From Eledone cirrhosa (lineage: Eukaryota): 64,000 bases of DNA. The first letter of the stretch is position 1; the number at the start of each line of letters is the position of its first letter. The notes beneath the pieces were generated by a model. That model saw nothing but the letters and a program-made list of their open reading frames with translations. It was not told the origin of the DNA and did not search any database. The position numbers were made by a program, and so were the translations under genes. This document shows positions 11,053 through 25,975 of this stretch, piece after piece. The stretch is taken from contig OZ024745.1 in assembly GCA_964016885.1 (NCBI GenBank), forward strand, positions 42,532,001-42,596,000, read 5' to 3'.

Positions 11053-11445
11053 TAGATAGATAGATGGCTAAAGAAATAAAAATAAAAATGTACAGATCGC
11101 AATTACACAGAAAAAAATGGCATTCAAATGATTGGAAGAACTTTTATAAAAGTTAATTTATAAACGCATGCTTGCCCACAAATCTATCTAAACAGTGGGA
11201 TTGATGCCGGCTCTCTGATCGTTTCTCAATATAAACATAAACAACCAGAAATTACCACCATCCATTAATTAAAACACGCTTTATAGCCGAGAATTTATTG
11301 AACTTATTAGAGTGATATTTGCAGAGAGAATATATTAGAATCATTATAGTGGTGCGTTAAAAATCGATTGTAAATTAAAGATAAGATCAGAGATTATTGA
11401 AAAATATTACTTCGTTACCCTATCAACCGTACGTATGTATGTATA

Positions 11446-11524
<79 letters not shown>

Positions 11525-11533
11525 ATACGTATT

Positions 11534-11568
<35 letters not shown>

Positions 11569-11636
11569 TTAAATATATATATATACTCTCTCATGCACAG
11601 AACACAAATTCAGATATACATACATACGTACATACA

Positions 11637-11705
<69 letters not shown>

Positions 11706-11752
11706 CCACAAATATAATTAAATCTACATATGTGTATAAGTATACATATATA

Positions 11753-11830
<78 letters not shown>

Positions 11831-11876
11831 TATGCTTGGTGCATGTGTGTATGTGTTAGTGAGAGTGCTTGTGTGC

Positions 11877-11914
<38 letters not shown>

Positions 11915-12254
11915 TGTACGTATGTATATGTGTGAGTGAGAGTGTATATATATATATACACACATAAACACACATACACACACTTATATTTAATACATAT
12001 AAAGTATATAATTAGACACACCTGTACATATATTTATGCAATATAATCACACAATTTACCATATGTGTATTGCATAAATATTACATAAATATTATAAATT
12101 GTATTGGTGTATACATATGAAACATGAATATACACATAGCTTCATCTGATCGTTACTAAACAGACACCCACTATAGAAAATCATACATTATGCATTCATA
12201 TGGTAGCCCTTTAAACACAATCATACTCCACACACCCACCGACATATACAAGCG

Positions 12255-12557
12255 CATGGCCCGATTTAATGGGGGGGGGGATTTCCCCGTGCCCCCTACA
12301 GTGTGGGCCCCATCAGCAATCGATGCCCGTTGCAATTTATTCGTGCCCTCACCTGGGCTTTTTTAGGTTTAGGATGGTTAGAATGTTTAAATTTAATTTT
12401 AATGTAACACCTATGTAAATTTCAATTCCAATTACTTGCGCCAAGTTAACTTTGATATGTAAAATTGTGGGGGTTGCTGTGTATTCTAATTTTTTGTGTA
12501 TGAGGAGTCCCCCAAAACCTGATGTGCCCCAAGCCCCTCAAGGTCTAAATCAAATCA
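12255..12557. mobile_element. Degenerate hAT-like MITE (tentative)
   Basis: CATGGCCCGATTTA ... TAAATCAAATCAT eroded termini with internal GGGCCCC-type motifs. Confidence 0.3.
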
Positions 12558-12589
12558 TATACAAACTTACACCCACACGGACGCATTAT

Positions 12590-12796
12590 TACGTTGACTT
12601 TGCCTTTCATCCTTACGGGGTCGACAAAATAAAGTACCAGTAATACACTGATAATTGCTGGCCTTGTGCCTAACGTAGAAACAATTATTACAATCGAAAG
12701 CAATACAAATAGTAACTTTTGGCACAAGGCCAGCAATTACTCAGTGCATCACTGGTACTTTATTTTATCGACCCCGTAAGGATGAAAGGCAAAGCA
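12590..12796. mobile_element. Two 3' halves of the main SINE family, tail-to-tail
   Basis: TTTGCCTTTCATCCTTACGGGGTCGA...GGCCTTGTGCC on +, then its reverse complement. Confidence 0.85.
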
Positions 12797-13570
12797 ATTA
12801 ATTAAATTACAAGTTAGTTATGAGCTGGAATTGTCCATGTGCTTGTCTTTTCCGCGGTTTTTGTGTTTTTTTAATATTATCACACAGCTTATTTTTTAAA
12901 TCAAACTGTTGTTTATTATTGTTGTTACACTCTCTTTCTCTCTCTCTCTGTCTCTCTTCCTCTCTCTATATATATATATATATTTCTTTCCTTCTTTCTT
13001 TCTCTGTCTTTTTCATTCTCTCCGTCTATCAATCTATCTCTATTTCTCCCTGTATATCCATCTATCTGTCTTTTTTTCTCCCTCTCTCTCAATTCTTAAT
13101 ACAACCCTACCTTCCAATCTTTTGTGATTTGACTGCCGACCTTGTCAGTTCATTTTCGCCACATGTCTCTCCTATTAATACCCGTTCTAGGTCTAATGCT
13201 CGAACTAACTTGTATAATTTAATTCATTCCTTTATATCTACTACGGTTACCAACCCATATTTGTGTTGCTTTCGATTGTACAAATTTTCATGTCCCGAAC
13301 TTGTTTCGTTTTGTGTTTTCATCTCGAATAACACTGTGGATGACTCCGAGGATACTATTGAATCGTTTCGACAAGAGCTCAACTGTCGAGCACTAATGTA
13401 TAATAATACATACACTCTACTTTCTCAAGTATTTAATATTTAGCTAAACAATGGTCTTACTAGTCTAAACTGGTCATTTCCCCCATCTCTCACTCTCTCG
13501 CTCTATTATATTATATATATATATATATACTCACACGCATACACACACACACACAGATAGATATATATAT

Positions 13571-13652
<82 letters not shown>

Positions 13653-13696
13653 ATATTTATATATTTATATATATATACATATATATATAAATATAT

Positions 13697-13910
13697 AACG
13701 AAGGAGGTGTGATAAGGAACCAGATGGAACATAACGCACCAGAGTACTCAATACTTAGGGTAGTAGAGTGGGTAATAGGAAAATGTTTAACCCCGACGGC
13801 AGAGCTCAAGAGCTCAAGCCGTTTCGACCGCTATTTCTGGACTAAATTGAATTTAGTCCAGAAATAGCCGTCGAAACGGCTTGAGCTCTGCCGTCGGGGT
13901 TAAACATTTT

Positions 13911-13912
<2 letters not shown>
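13697..13912. mobile_element. PLE-like fold-back insert in (TA)n, family TA1 copy 1
   Basis: Inverted arms around 13848. Each arm has the hammerhead 3' half GAAACGGC-TTGAGCTC-(T/A)GCCGTC. Confidence 0.8.
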
Positions 13913-13971
<59 letters not shown>

Positions 13972-14016
13972 TAATAAAATAATGAATAAACAAAGAAACA
14001 TAATCTACATTCATAT

Positions 14017-15262
14017 CTACTTTTGATAAGGGGTGGCCCTTTTGAGCACACTCCAGGTCAGGTCATAATCTATATTCCTCTTTCTATAACTATTAATTAT
14101 TTCAGCTAGAGATGTTGTATTAGCTAGTGCGGCATTTTTAAAACTATGTTTGTGGGTATTAAATCTTACCTTAAATTTGTTAGAGGTAGCTCCTATATAT
14201 GAATAAATTGAGTCCTTAGTGTTAACTTTACATTTATATACTATGTTATTAACAAGGCAATTTCCTTTTAATGGACAGTTTGCCTTGTTTCTACAGTTAC
14301 AACTTTTCTTGAATCCTGTATCTGAGGAGATATTATGGTTAGTTTGATGTACTGGTGGTATACTCATGGTTTTTTTACATTTATATGCATTATAGGCACT
14401 TATATTTTGTTTTATGTTTTTGGTTGTTGAGTAGGAGAATTTAACCGTTGATCTATTTAAGATTTGATAGTATTTGTGGTTTGGCGAGAAGTTTTTCTCT
14501 AGGCTATTAAAGAATTTTTTAGGTATATTATCCTTAATTTGTAAATTAAATGGAGCATTGTACCAAGTAACTCGTCTATTACGGTTTCGATGTTGTTTAT
14601 TGTTTTTATAGGATGCATCCTGATGTTTATTAAGAGAATTATTGTTAATGACCTCACCACACATTTTTAGTTAGATTTATTGATTTAGATGTTTTAGCTT
14701 GTTTATTAGGAGTTTTATTATTAACATTTATTAGAGTTGTAGGATGAGTAGTTTTTTGAGAGTTACTATACTGTATATTAGAAGAGTTAGAGAAATTTGG
14801 TTTTATGTTGGTGTTTTGGGGTATAGTGTGAGTGGCATTTAGGTGTGTATGTTTCATTTGGTGTTTGTTGGTAATATTAGGTTGTATGTTTGTAGTGTTA
14901 TTGGTAGAAGGTATATATGCTAATCTATTTTTGTGGCCACTTCTAGCTAGAGCTTCGTTATAAAAGGTCGCATTTTTATCAAATATATCTTGGTTAGATG
15001 AAAGGTTAGAAATTCTAAGTGATATATTATATGCAAGGTTTTTAAGGATAGATTTAGGGTGATTAGATTGTGAGTGTATGTAGTGTAAATTTTGGTTGGG
15101 TTTATGGTAAGGTTGGTAGATACCCGTAGATAAGTCTAATGTTATATCTAGGAAATTAACTACTTTACTTGTGTTTTCAAATGTAATATCTAGACTATAA
15201 TAGTCTTTAAGGAAAGTTCTAATAAGGTTTTTATTTTTTTCTATCTCTGAGAGGCTAATCTT
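14017..15262 (-). pseudogene. Penelope-like element (Naiad-like) RT thumb + Cys linker + GIY-YIG, truncated and frameshifted
   Basis: Manual translation gives VNFLDITLDLSTGIYQPYHKPN...YIHSQSNHPKSI...YNEALARSGH. The ORF track continues VTWYNAPF, CNCRNKANCPLKGNCL, IVY...YIGAT...FKVRFNTH. Frameshift near 14660. (TA)n on both sides. Confidence 0.9.
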
Positions 15263-15394
15263 GACTCTGTTTTCCGTTTATTTTTCACCGAAAGTAGTTT
15301 TTGAATGCATCTTCTCTTTTCATGATATCCGGATTACATTGAGTTCTTCATACGGATTGGACACTACCGTAAACCTTTGGTAGATTTATCTACA

Positions 15395-15466
<72 letters not shown>

Positions 15467-15469
<3 letters not shown>

Positions 15470-16121
15470 CATAGGTTAAGAATAACGTCCGCGAAAATGA
15501 AAGTGAATTTTCTGACAAGTGAATGTGTTTTTTTTTTTTTTTAAGTGAAAGTTACGATACACTCTTTGTTTATTTACAACAGGTCTCTATAGTGATATGG
15601 TGTTAATTAGTATTGCGTGTGTGATTATTTTCTCTTATATATATGTGTGTGGGTGTGTATATGTGTGTATATATATGTGTGTCTGTATGTATATATATAT
15701 GTGTGTTTGTATATATATATATGTGTTTGTGTCATCATCATCGTTTAGATGTTTTTACCCAAATCCCTTATCATTCTCTGTCCTTCTTATGACCCGGCCT
15801 TAATTTGTTTATAGTTGGTGCCAACTTTGGCAAGATATTACAAAAACATCTAAACGATGATGATGACACAAACACATATATATATACAAACACATATATA
15901 TATACATACAGACACACATATATATACACACATATACACACCCACACATATATATATGAGAAAATAATCACACACGCAATACTAATTAACACCATATCAC
16001 TATAGAGACCTGTTGTAAATAAACAAAGAGTGTAGCGTAACTTTCATTGTAAAAAAAAACAAAAAACACATTCACTTGTCAGAAAATTCACTTTCATTTT
16101 CGCGGACGTTATTCTTAACCT

Positions 16122-16127
<6 letters not shown>
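15467..16127. repeat. Fold-back insert with about 290-bp near-perfect arms and an 85-bp spacer inside (TA)n
   Basis: 15467-15756 is the reverse complement of 15842-16127. Confidence 0.9.
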
Positions 16128-16153
<26 letters not shown>

Positions 16154-16395
16154 AGTGACAAACCTCGTGGGTTTGTAACAATAGAGTATTGGTGTATCTA
16201 GTGTGGGCATCATTGCTTAACAACGGAGTCCATCTCTGCCAAAGCTGCACATATAGGAAGATTTACAGTCTTCGAAGAGGCAGGAACCCGAAACGTTCAT
16301 TTTTTTTTTTTTTTTTCATTCTCTCACCTACTGAATTATTGGACATTTCCCGAACTCTCCCATCTAAGTTCAGTTCATAATATAGTGTCATCCCC

Positions 16396-16432
<37 letters not shown>

Positions 16433-17167
16433 CTCATTCTTACATTGTTTCTCTTTCTTTGCTTCCTCCTCTCCCTTTCACTCATTTCCTTCTTTTTGTC
16501 TCTCTTACTTTCCTTCCACCTTCCTCTATTTCTCTATTGGACTCTTCTGGTTTTCTTATATTTCTCTTTGTATTTGAATCTGTATGTGTATACCTTGTCT
16601 GTGTTGTTGTTGTTGTTGTTTGGTTGCCTGTGTGTGTGTGTGTGTGTGTGTTAGTGTTTTTCATGAGTGTTAGTGTTAGTGTATGTGTGTGTGTGTGTCT
16701 GTGTCTGTGTACGTAAGAGTGATAGTTTGGATATTTTATAACCCGTCCTTTGAAGTGTTGAAATAATGACTCCTCACATTGCATTGTTGTGATTCAGGCA
16801 ACATACAGTTATGAAATGGAATAAATATACATTGATAATTTAATTGTGTGTACTCTAGGACCTTGTGGTCTTTTCATAAACAAAAACAATATTTCACTTC
16901 ATTAGTGCCCCCATGGGTTATACAATTAAAATCTCTTTATGTCATTTACACTATACTATTAATCCGGCGGAATGTGCGACCCAGTTGACTACACATACCT
17001 GGAAAGTAATAGCAAACTTGAAAACGTATTATTAACTGCCTCATACCCACCCAAATATTTAGCACTAAAACGACACCTTCATACCACCAGACAACAAGTC
17101 TTTACTCGCTCTTGTTAAAACTAGCCGCATAATCTCTCACCTATTAAACACTACTCTCTCTCTCTCT

Positions 17168-17266
<99 letters not shown>

Positions 17267-17346
17267 GATAAGCAGAACAAGTAAAATTCAATCAATTTTT
17301 CAAAATACATTAAAAAATATAATATAAATATTTACCTCTCCTAGTG

Positions 17347-17428
17347 GCCCTTACTGATCAGTTTCGCTTTGTAAAACCTCATAAATCCGATGGATTTATG
17401 ATGGAAAACCAAAGCTCATCAGAGAAGC
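17347..17428 (-). ncRNA. Type I hammerhead ribozyme in (TA)n-flanked insert 17263-17637
   Basis: CTGATGA-GCTTTG...(hairpin CATAAATCC/GGATTTATG)...CAAAGC-GAAA-CTGATCAG-TA. Palindromic stem III and GTA triplet. Stem I is short with G-U pairs. Confidence 0.85.
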
Positions 17429-17633
17429 ATTTTCCCTTCCTAGGGCTAAACGTCCCAGGAACGACAAAATATACAACCTCCTGCCAGCTAATAAAGGTCT
17501 GAAAGGTCGTAAAATTGACCCGTATGTAAACTGGACCGAAGTAAAAGCGGGAAAATCAAAGACTTGCTGTCTACAATTACTACTAAAAAAATAGCAGCCA
17601 AGTAGAGCAACAGGATTGTTCTCAACGGACGGA

Positions 17634-17713
<80 letters not shown>

Positions 17714-18011
17714 CGATCTATCTATCTATCTCTATATATATCTCTCTCGCTTTTTTATTTAGAAAAGTATACAATGGGCAAAGTTGCTCTGGATATACAA
17801 AGATATGGTATGGTCTAAGCAAGCCGGATTGCATTTGATCATAGTTCAGCTCAATGAGAAATTACCCGGGGTTAAACAATAACAATGACAATAGTAGCTC
17901 TGGTGCTTTAAGTCTTAGTTCACTTTCAAGCAGATTGTCAAATATTTTAATATTTCATCTACTAATAAAGTACCCGAAAATATTGTTGTGAGAAGCCGTT
18001 ACTTCTCAGAA

Positions 18012-18292
18012 TTGAGGGATCACAGCTCCGATACTATGGACATATGGTTAGAATGTTTCAGGAAAGAATCGCTGAACAGATTTTACGGGCAAAACCAACC
18101 GACAGGAGATCCAGGGATAGACGCCGAGCGAGATGGTTGGATAACATACATGAGCTTAGTTGGTCTTGCTTTGGGATCCAGACGGATCAGTTACAGACAG
18201 TTGCTTCTGACAAGATCCGCTGGAATGAGTGTTTGAGTACTCAACCCCCACGACCCTCTCAGGAATAAGTGAGCGAAGAAGAAGAAAGAAGG
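18012..18292 (+). mobile_element. 3' end of RTE-clade LINE with (GAA)n tail
   Basis: SQLRYYGHMVRM...ILRAKPTDRRSRDRRRARWLDNI...VASDKIRW followed by GAAGAAGAAG. Confidence 0.8.
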
Positions 18293-18769
18293 ACTATATA
18301 CTTTACAATTCGTTCTCAGAGCTTGTAAGTACGCGTTAGACTCTATTTGATTAGTGAGTCTAATACGACTGAATATTGTAAGGAGTTTCCAACTAGTAAC
18401 CAGAGATTAGACTCACTTCCCACTACATGTCACGCCTTTTTTTTTTAAATTCAATTTGAATGTCGTTTTTCTTTCCCTCGCTGCTCTTGAAAAGAATTAT
18501 CATTAACGCCAATGATGTTTCGTCTTACACGATGCGATTTAAATTGGTTAAAATTTATTTTGCATTCACTGCATTCAATATTAGCGTCCCTTCATTTTAT
18601 CACTTACAGAAATGGGAAGTTTTTATAGGCCTTTAAAGGGTCTCAAAGATTCTTTGGAAAGAGGAAGATGTCCTCAAACCGCGAATTTTAACAGTGAACT
18701 CGGCTGAAACCATTAATGGGCCTGGTGGCGAACTTAAACTGGGCTATGGATTAAGTATATGAAGCAAAT

Positions 18770-18960
18770 GCATTATCACGTGATTTGAACACAGAACGTA
18801 ATGTGCTCGAACAAACACCATGTGATATCTCGTCTGACGTTTTAACGATTCTGCCAGACCACCGCCCTTAAGTTGTACTTATCAACCCTGAAAGATGAAT
18901 GGTAAAATTGATCTCGGCAAGATTTGAACTCAGAACGCAAGGAGACGGAATAAATACGAT
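18770..18960 (-). mobile_element. Degenerate SINE fragments
   Basis: GATTTGAAC(T)CAGAACG (reverse B box) occurs twice, with the GATGAA..GTAAA core. Confidence 0.6.
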
Positions 18961-19260
18961 AAAAGGATTTTGACATTTTTGCCAGTTCCTATCCTACACA
19001 TACTGTGTCTTCATACAGAAGGTACTGCTGGACAATCGCTTCAATCTCATTAGTTATTCTCATATCGGTACCTGTGTATCTCTGTTATACTACAACAGAT
19101 GGGAGAGATGAATGAATGCTATAAATTGTCATAAATTGCCATAACACATAACATATCAAATGAAACACTTCATTAACTTGTGATTATAGTTTTAGTGAGA
19201 AAATGTTTGATATAGTCGAAGATGAAAAATATTGATAATGTTAAGATAAAGAACGTTGTG

Positions 19261-19343
19261 CTCATGCGCAGATATGCTATAAAAACTTTTACGCGCTAGG
19301 ATTATCGAGCTTATATAAATGCTATAGCATCTCTGCGCATGAG
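19261..19343. repeat. Small inverted repeat (21-bp arms)
   Basis: CTCATGCGCAGATATGCTATA ... TATAGCATCTCTGCGCATGAG. Confidence 0.75.
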
Positions 19344-20192
19344 TTCATCATCCTTTATATAAGTTATGAGCAAACTGCGACCCGTTTGGATTTCTGAATG
19401 GTACGCCTAATTTCAAAATTGCCTTGAATTATTTTCAGTAGTGCGGCCTGCCTTATGATGAAGCTCATTCTATGAGGCCCACTGATTGAAAAATGTTGCT
19501 CATGTCTGCTTTATATCAACTCTATATTCTCAGCACTTAAAAATCCGAGAGATCGGCTACGTATAATATTGATAATGTTTTGAATAGTAGATTTCAGTGT
19601 ATTTTCAATGTGCAAATACACCCTATAATATATATTATACACTACTTAGATTGCCACAGATCTACAATCTTTTTTATAATTCTTCTATATGGTTGGTTAT
19701 TATATGTGGTTAGTTTAATTAATTAGTTTCCAATTAGAGGAAGAAGATAAAAAAAAACCACTATTAATTCTTAAATGTTTCAATGCGTCAAATCTTTGTT
19801 CTACCAATCATATCATTTTCTAAGAGATTCAGGTGTTTGCATATATAACACACTTCTGGAGAAAATAACATTAATTCTACATCTATAACATATTCTGTTA
19901 TAAGAGTTAATTTTATTTTTAAAGTTTTTTCTTTTCTTTATTGTTTTTATTTCAATACGCTTTTCTACTGTATTTGTTATATTGATGGAAACTCTACCAA
20001 GTATCATTGTCGTCAACTTCATCAACATTTTGAGGCAATTAACTATAATATACATACACAATTACGATGTACAGCGGTGTTTACAAACTAGATGAAGTAG
20101 AGTGTATAGTTATATATTGAAGCTGAAACTAGCAGTTTGCAGCTTATATGTATGTGTATGTATATATATATATATATATATACATATACAGG

Positions 20193-20268
<76 letters not shown>

Positions 20269-20998
20269 CTATGTCACAAACTCTTTAATACACACGCGCT
20301 TCCATACAAATCACAGTTAGATACTTTACACGTACTCAATATATACTTCAATATACATACACTTGTTATAATTTAATCATATACTCACACATACAAATCC
20401 CCACATCTCGCGGACATACGCTAACACTGCCGAATACTTTACACACGCACAAAATAACTTCAAAGCCCACATACAGTACACACATTCAAACTTACATTTA
20501 CTCACAAATACATGTCTACTACCACACGGATATACGTATAACACAACTAACTTTGATACTTTACACAATATACCTTAAAGAACACGCACATGTTTAAACA
20601 TACATATACACACACATAATATCAACACTAATATACACACACACCTCACTTTGCGTTCCATCTCGTTACCAAGGCTACGTAACGGTTTGTCTTGTTTACT
20701 CTTTATTTTCGATTTTTTTTTTTCTTTACTGGACTCCTTTATATCTGTAACTCCTTTGTTTTCCTGTCCCTAATTTTGTACTCCAGAAGAAGGGCTAAAG
20801 CCCGATACATCGAACTTTCTTTCCTCTTTTCCATATAAAGAGTTAAACTAATAAGATATTTTGTAACTCTGTTGTCTCAAACTGTCGGCCAGACTCTTTG
20901 TATCGGCTCCCCTCCGTCATCATTCTTAGTGAATCACACCCACCCATCACCCATTTGTTCCATTTTCTTCATCTACCAGTCAACACTTAGATACTAAA

Positions 20999-21190
20999 TA
21001 ATTGTTTCTACTTTAGGCACAAGGCCAGCAATTACCCAGTGTATTACTGGTACTTTATTTTATCGACCCCGTAAGGATGAAAGGCAAAGTTAACCTCGGC
21101 GGGATTTGAACTCAGAATGGCAAGGGCCGTAACTCCATGCGTCAAAGCATGGCGTCCGACCCTCTACCGATACTGCCAATCTACCGCCTT
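20999..21190 (-). mobile_element. Full-length tRNA-derived SINE (MetaSINE-like core); a deleted second copy follows at 21200-21392
   Basis: Minus strand: GGCGGTAGATTGGCAG head, B box GAGTTCAAATCC, core GCCTTTCATCCTTACGGGGTCGATAAAATAAAGTACCAG. The family assignment is from memory. Confidence 0.85.
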
Positions 21191-21969
21191 AGATACCAAA
21201 TAATGATTTCTGATTTAGGTACTAGACCAACAATTTTGGGGGAGGAGCAAGTCGATTAAATCGACACCAGCACATTACTGTTGCTTTAAGCTAACCCCGG
21301 CGGGATTTGAACTCAGAAAAGTAAATGACCGTAACTCTATGCCGCGAATCATGGTGTCTGGCGCTCTACCGATACTGCCAATCCACCGCCCTACTTAGAT
21401 ATCAAATAATGAAGATCAATCCTAGAAGCTTGTTTCATCATTGAAATACAGCCTTTCCCAACCCCACTTCTGACATCCAACAACAATTTGCAACTACGGC
21501 GCCCCTACCACTTTGTCTTGACTTACACGTCTATTCATTCATTCATGGAAAATTGGTTGCCTTGGAAGCCGTTGCAATGCAGTTGGGGTTGTAAATATTA
21601 AGGCCCTAAAATTGAATGAAGAAAGAGAGAGGATAAGGTTGAGTGGAGAAGAGGAAGAAAAAAAGAATTAGAGTTAATGATACCTTGGAAATATTAGTCC
21701 CAATATATTTCGTACGTAATATCAATTATCAAAGGAATCGATGGGAACTTCAGGGAATGTGATATGTAAACAGGGTATTTCATGTATTTACTTAAAATAC
21801 ATGGCAACTAAGCATACTTTTTCGTCGATGCCCAGTTTCATGATAGTTATCCAATTAATCGTTACCATCATGAAACGCTGTAGTTGATGGAATGTCATTG
21901 ATACCCTACTGTGATTTAACAGATACAAGTTGAGAGAAAGAAGGAAAACATCTGATACAATTAATTCTT

Positions 21970-22146
21970 AATAATTGTTTCTACTTTTGGCACAAGACCA
22001 GTAATTACCCAGGGCATTACTGGTACTTTATTTTATCGACCCCCCGTAAAGATGAAAGGCAAAGTTAACCTCGACGGGATTTGAACTCAGAATAGCAAGG
22101 GCCATAACTCTATGCGTCAAAGCATGGCGTCCGACCCTCTACCGAT
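21970..22146 (-). mobile_element. SINE, same family
   Basis: Matches 20999-21170. Confidence 0.85.
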
Positions 22147-22330
22147 CTGTCAAAGATTGTAGATGTAGAGCTAACGTTACCATTTTCAAGATCTATGTTA
22201 TCTATGGAAACATATCTAGATGCACTAGAAACACATCTGAATGTCAGAACAAAGATCTTCCGCAAGGTATCATTGAAATATATAAGAAATAATAGGGCTT
22301 TTTTTTATTTGTCAGGTAATTACAAAGAAG

Positions 22331-22907
22331 TAAATTTATTGAACTACTTACATATAATAATTTACTATACAGAAAAATAAAAGGATAATTTGTAGCAAAG
22401 TACAGTGTTTGTTAGGTTGCACCTGTATATCATTATATATTGAAAAGTAGACTGAAAATATATCTTATTCTAAACTAAACGGTGAACTTAAGAAGCAATG
22501 CTCATTTATTAATTTTACAGAATCAGTCCAATTTTACCATTTCAATAATTTATTAAGAATTTAGTTACAAGCTGAAGAAAAAAAATATATATTCTGAATA
22601 TGGATAGAAGGAGATGTACAGCAAATAGAGATAGATTGGGTGTTGTGTCTATAGTGTAATTGCGCTCCCTGTAATTCCATATCGGCCGGTACTGTGTGTT
22701 TTTACTGTTGACCACAGTGACAGATACTGGTTAGATCCAACCCCAACACGAGTAGCTTTACTCTAAAGTTGATTTGGAATGCCTGTGCTTTTCTATGAGT
22801 TCAAATCCCGCCGAGGTTAACTTTGCCTTTCATCGTTACGGGGTCGATAAAATAAAGTACCAGTAATGCACTGGGTAATTGCTGGCCTTGTGCCAAAAGT
22901 AGAAACA
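22331..22907. repeat. About 580-bp segment duplicated at 30073-30650; ends in a SINE 3' half
   Basis: Near-identical direct repeat 7.7 kb apart. Confidence 0.92.
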
Positions 22908-23773
22908 ATTATTATAGTCATTTCAGTTATGAAGCTCACATTTCAAATATATTATATTATATTTGCAAGTAGTATTCACAAAAGAAGGTGTATTTGGAAA
23001 ACAAAGCACTCAATACGCATTGCAGATTAAATATATTATATTAAAATATTTACAAATGACCAGTAATACAACTACTTAATTACTGTAAATTTCATATCTT
23101 GAGTCAGTAATAGGAATAATAGAAATACACGATAAATTAATGATTTTGTATGTAAATAATATGAAATCGTACACATTTCTAAACAGCCTCAAAACAAAAC
23201 AAGTGTATATACAACTATCCATACACATACATTCATATATAGATGCATATATGCATATATATGTGTATGCGTGCCTGTGTGTGTGTTGAAGGTATTTAGA
23301 TTAACTTTTATTTAACTCCGCATTACCAACAGTTTCAAGACGTAAACACGTCTATCTCGTCATGTGAATTGCAGAATAAGTAAAACAACAAAATAGAAAA
23401 TGAAGTTTAGGGGTGTTGAGAAGATAAGACGGCAATGATAAATGAGCGAGCGTGAAGGACCTGGTGATGTTGAGTCTAACAGACCTTCTGCATTATATAT
23501 CTGGTGTACTGGTGGGCTGAGAGTTCATTTGATATTTTGTTGGCTCAGATAGAGATGTTGTCAGGGTGTACGTACTGGTTCGAGGGTGGGGCTTGTCCTC
23601 CACACACGTACACGTGAGCCGCATTTTTGGTTTAGGATTGCTTACTCGTCCGGCAGAAACACTCATATATCGCAACTAACCATCACATCTGATGGGCGTA
23701 TCATTACCCACCACCTGCGACCCGTTCTCTAGCATAAAAGCCCTGCAGCGTATATATATATATATATATATGT

Positions 23774-23871
<98 letters not shown>

Positions 23872-23883
23872 ATATATATATAT

Positions 23884-24085
23884 AACGAAGGAAATGTGGT
23901 AAGGAACCAGGTGGACCATAACACACCAAAGTACTCAATACTTAGGGTAGTAGAGTGGGTAATAGGAACAAGTAAGACCCCGACGGCTGAGCTCAAGCCG
24001 TTTCGACGGCTAATTCTGTACTGCATTAGTACAGAATTAGCCGTCGAAACGGCTTGAGCTCAGCCGTCGGAGTCTTACTTGTTCC
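23884..24085. mobile_element. PLE-like fold-back insert in (TA)n, family TA1 copy 2
   Basis: Inverted arms around 24025. Stem III ACGGC-TTGAGCTCA-GCCGT with GTC triplet on both strands. Confidence 0.85.
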
Positions 24086-24415
24086 TATATATATATATAA
24101 TGAAACCGCCGGGGGTAGAGATATTTTGATGATTTTAGTAAGTTTATGTACATTTTTTCTTCTAACTTTGATTTTGTACCTAATTATATATGGTTAACTA
24201 TATGTCTAGTCAATTTCTAGAGGCTATCAGAAATACTGGGTAAATTTTCTGTAGCTGTGAGTCGCGGATAAAAACTATATCATTTATCTATTGTTTCTTC
24301 ATAAGTATATTTTAAACTTATAGCCTCGTTTAAATGATTTTTGTGTGGTTGATTTATACTGATTGGGAGAAGAAATACTGTATATATTTTATCTAATGAT
24401 TCTATGGACTTACTT

Positions 24416-24449
<34 letters not shown>

Positions 24450-24480
24450 CACATATATATATATACATATATATATGTAT

Positions 24481-24512
<32 letters not shown>

Positions 24513-24534
24513 GCATATATACATATATATATAT

Positions 24535-24569
<35 letters not shown>

Positions 24570-24663
24570 CCTATATATATATGACGTTTGAGAAATTCGG
24601 TACACATTTGCTTAAGCATGTGTGTGTGTCTGTCTGTGGCTGAGTGTGTCTGTGTTGGTGGTT

Positions 24664-24741
<78 letters not shown>

Positions 24742-25224
24742 TTTTTGTGTCCGTCTTTGTGTTTGGTGGGTGGGTGTGTTCTTCCTCGGCAGATTTCTGA
24801 TTTAAAGTATGAGTACCATAACCAACATTTGTAATGAATTTAGCAAAGAGCGGTTATCATTTACAATATATTTCCTAATTAATTATCTCATCTAAGAATT
24901 GTATTATGAAGCTTATTTCAGTACACTGAAATTAATAATTAATACAGGAAATTAAATAAACCTTAGAAAATATAACTACAGTAAATGAACATCATTTTGA
25001 GAACACTGATTCTCCAGTATATTAAAGTTTAAAAACAATATATTTATTAAGCATGGTTCTACATGAAGCAAAAGATTTTAATTTATATTAATTTTCAGTT
25101 CGTATTTGTTGAAGATTATTATTATTTTAATGAGATAGCCAAATAAATTAAGCTTAAGCAACTAATTTCATTCCCCATAACTAAAAATTTCATTTCGTTG
25201 GATAAATTCATTTCATCTTCATCT

Positions 25225-25281
<57 letters not shown>

Positions 25282-25304
25282 TATATATATTATATATGTA
25301 TATT

Positions 25305-25374
<70 letters not shown>

Positions 25375-25457
25375 TTATATATGTATATTATACATATATA
25401 TATATACATATATATGTATGTATATATATGTATTTATATATAAGTATATATATATAC

Positions 25458-25490
<33 letters not shown>

Positions 25491-25653
25491 GTATATATAA
25501 ACTATATATATATATAGTATATATAAACTATATATATGTATATATGCGTGTGAGTATATATACATATATACATATGTATATATATACATATATATGTATA
25601 TATATATATATATATAGTATATATATAGTATATATATATATATATATATATGC

Positions 25654-25690
<37 letters not shown>

Positions 25691-25764
25691 TATATATGAA
25701 TATATATATATATAGTATGTATATATATATATAAATATGTATATATATATGTATATATATATAA

Positions 25765-25834
<70 letters not shown>

Positions 25835-25835
25835 G

Positions 25836-25876
<41 letters not shown>

Positions 25877-25877
25877 G

Positions 25878-25975
<98 letters not shown>

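Noticed and set aside
12820-13443. 207-aa ORF as a host exon
   Set aside because: Low-complexity CT-rich translation without recognisable motifs or splice evidence.
14017-15262. Selenocysteine recoding as reported for some Naiad elements
   Set aside because: No in-frame TGA at a Cys position seen in the readable PLE fragments, and no SECIS recognised.
18234-18247. GAGTACTCAACC as another instance of the PLE motif
   Set aside because: Lies in the RTE LINE coding end, so probably coincidental.
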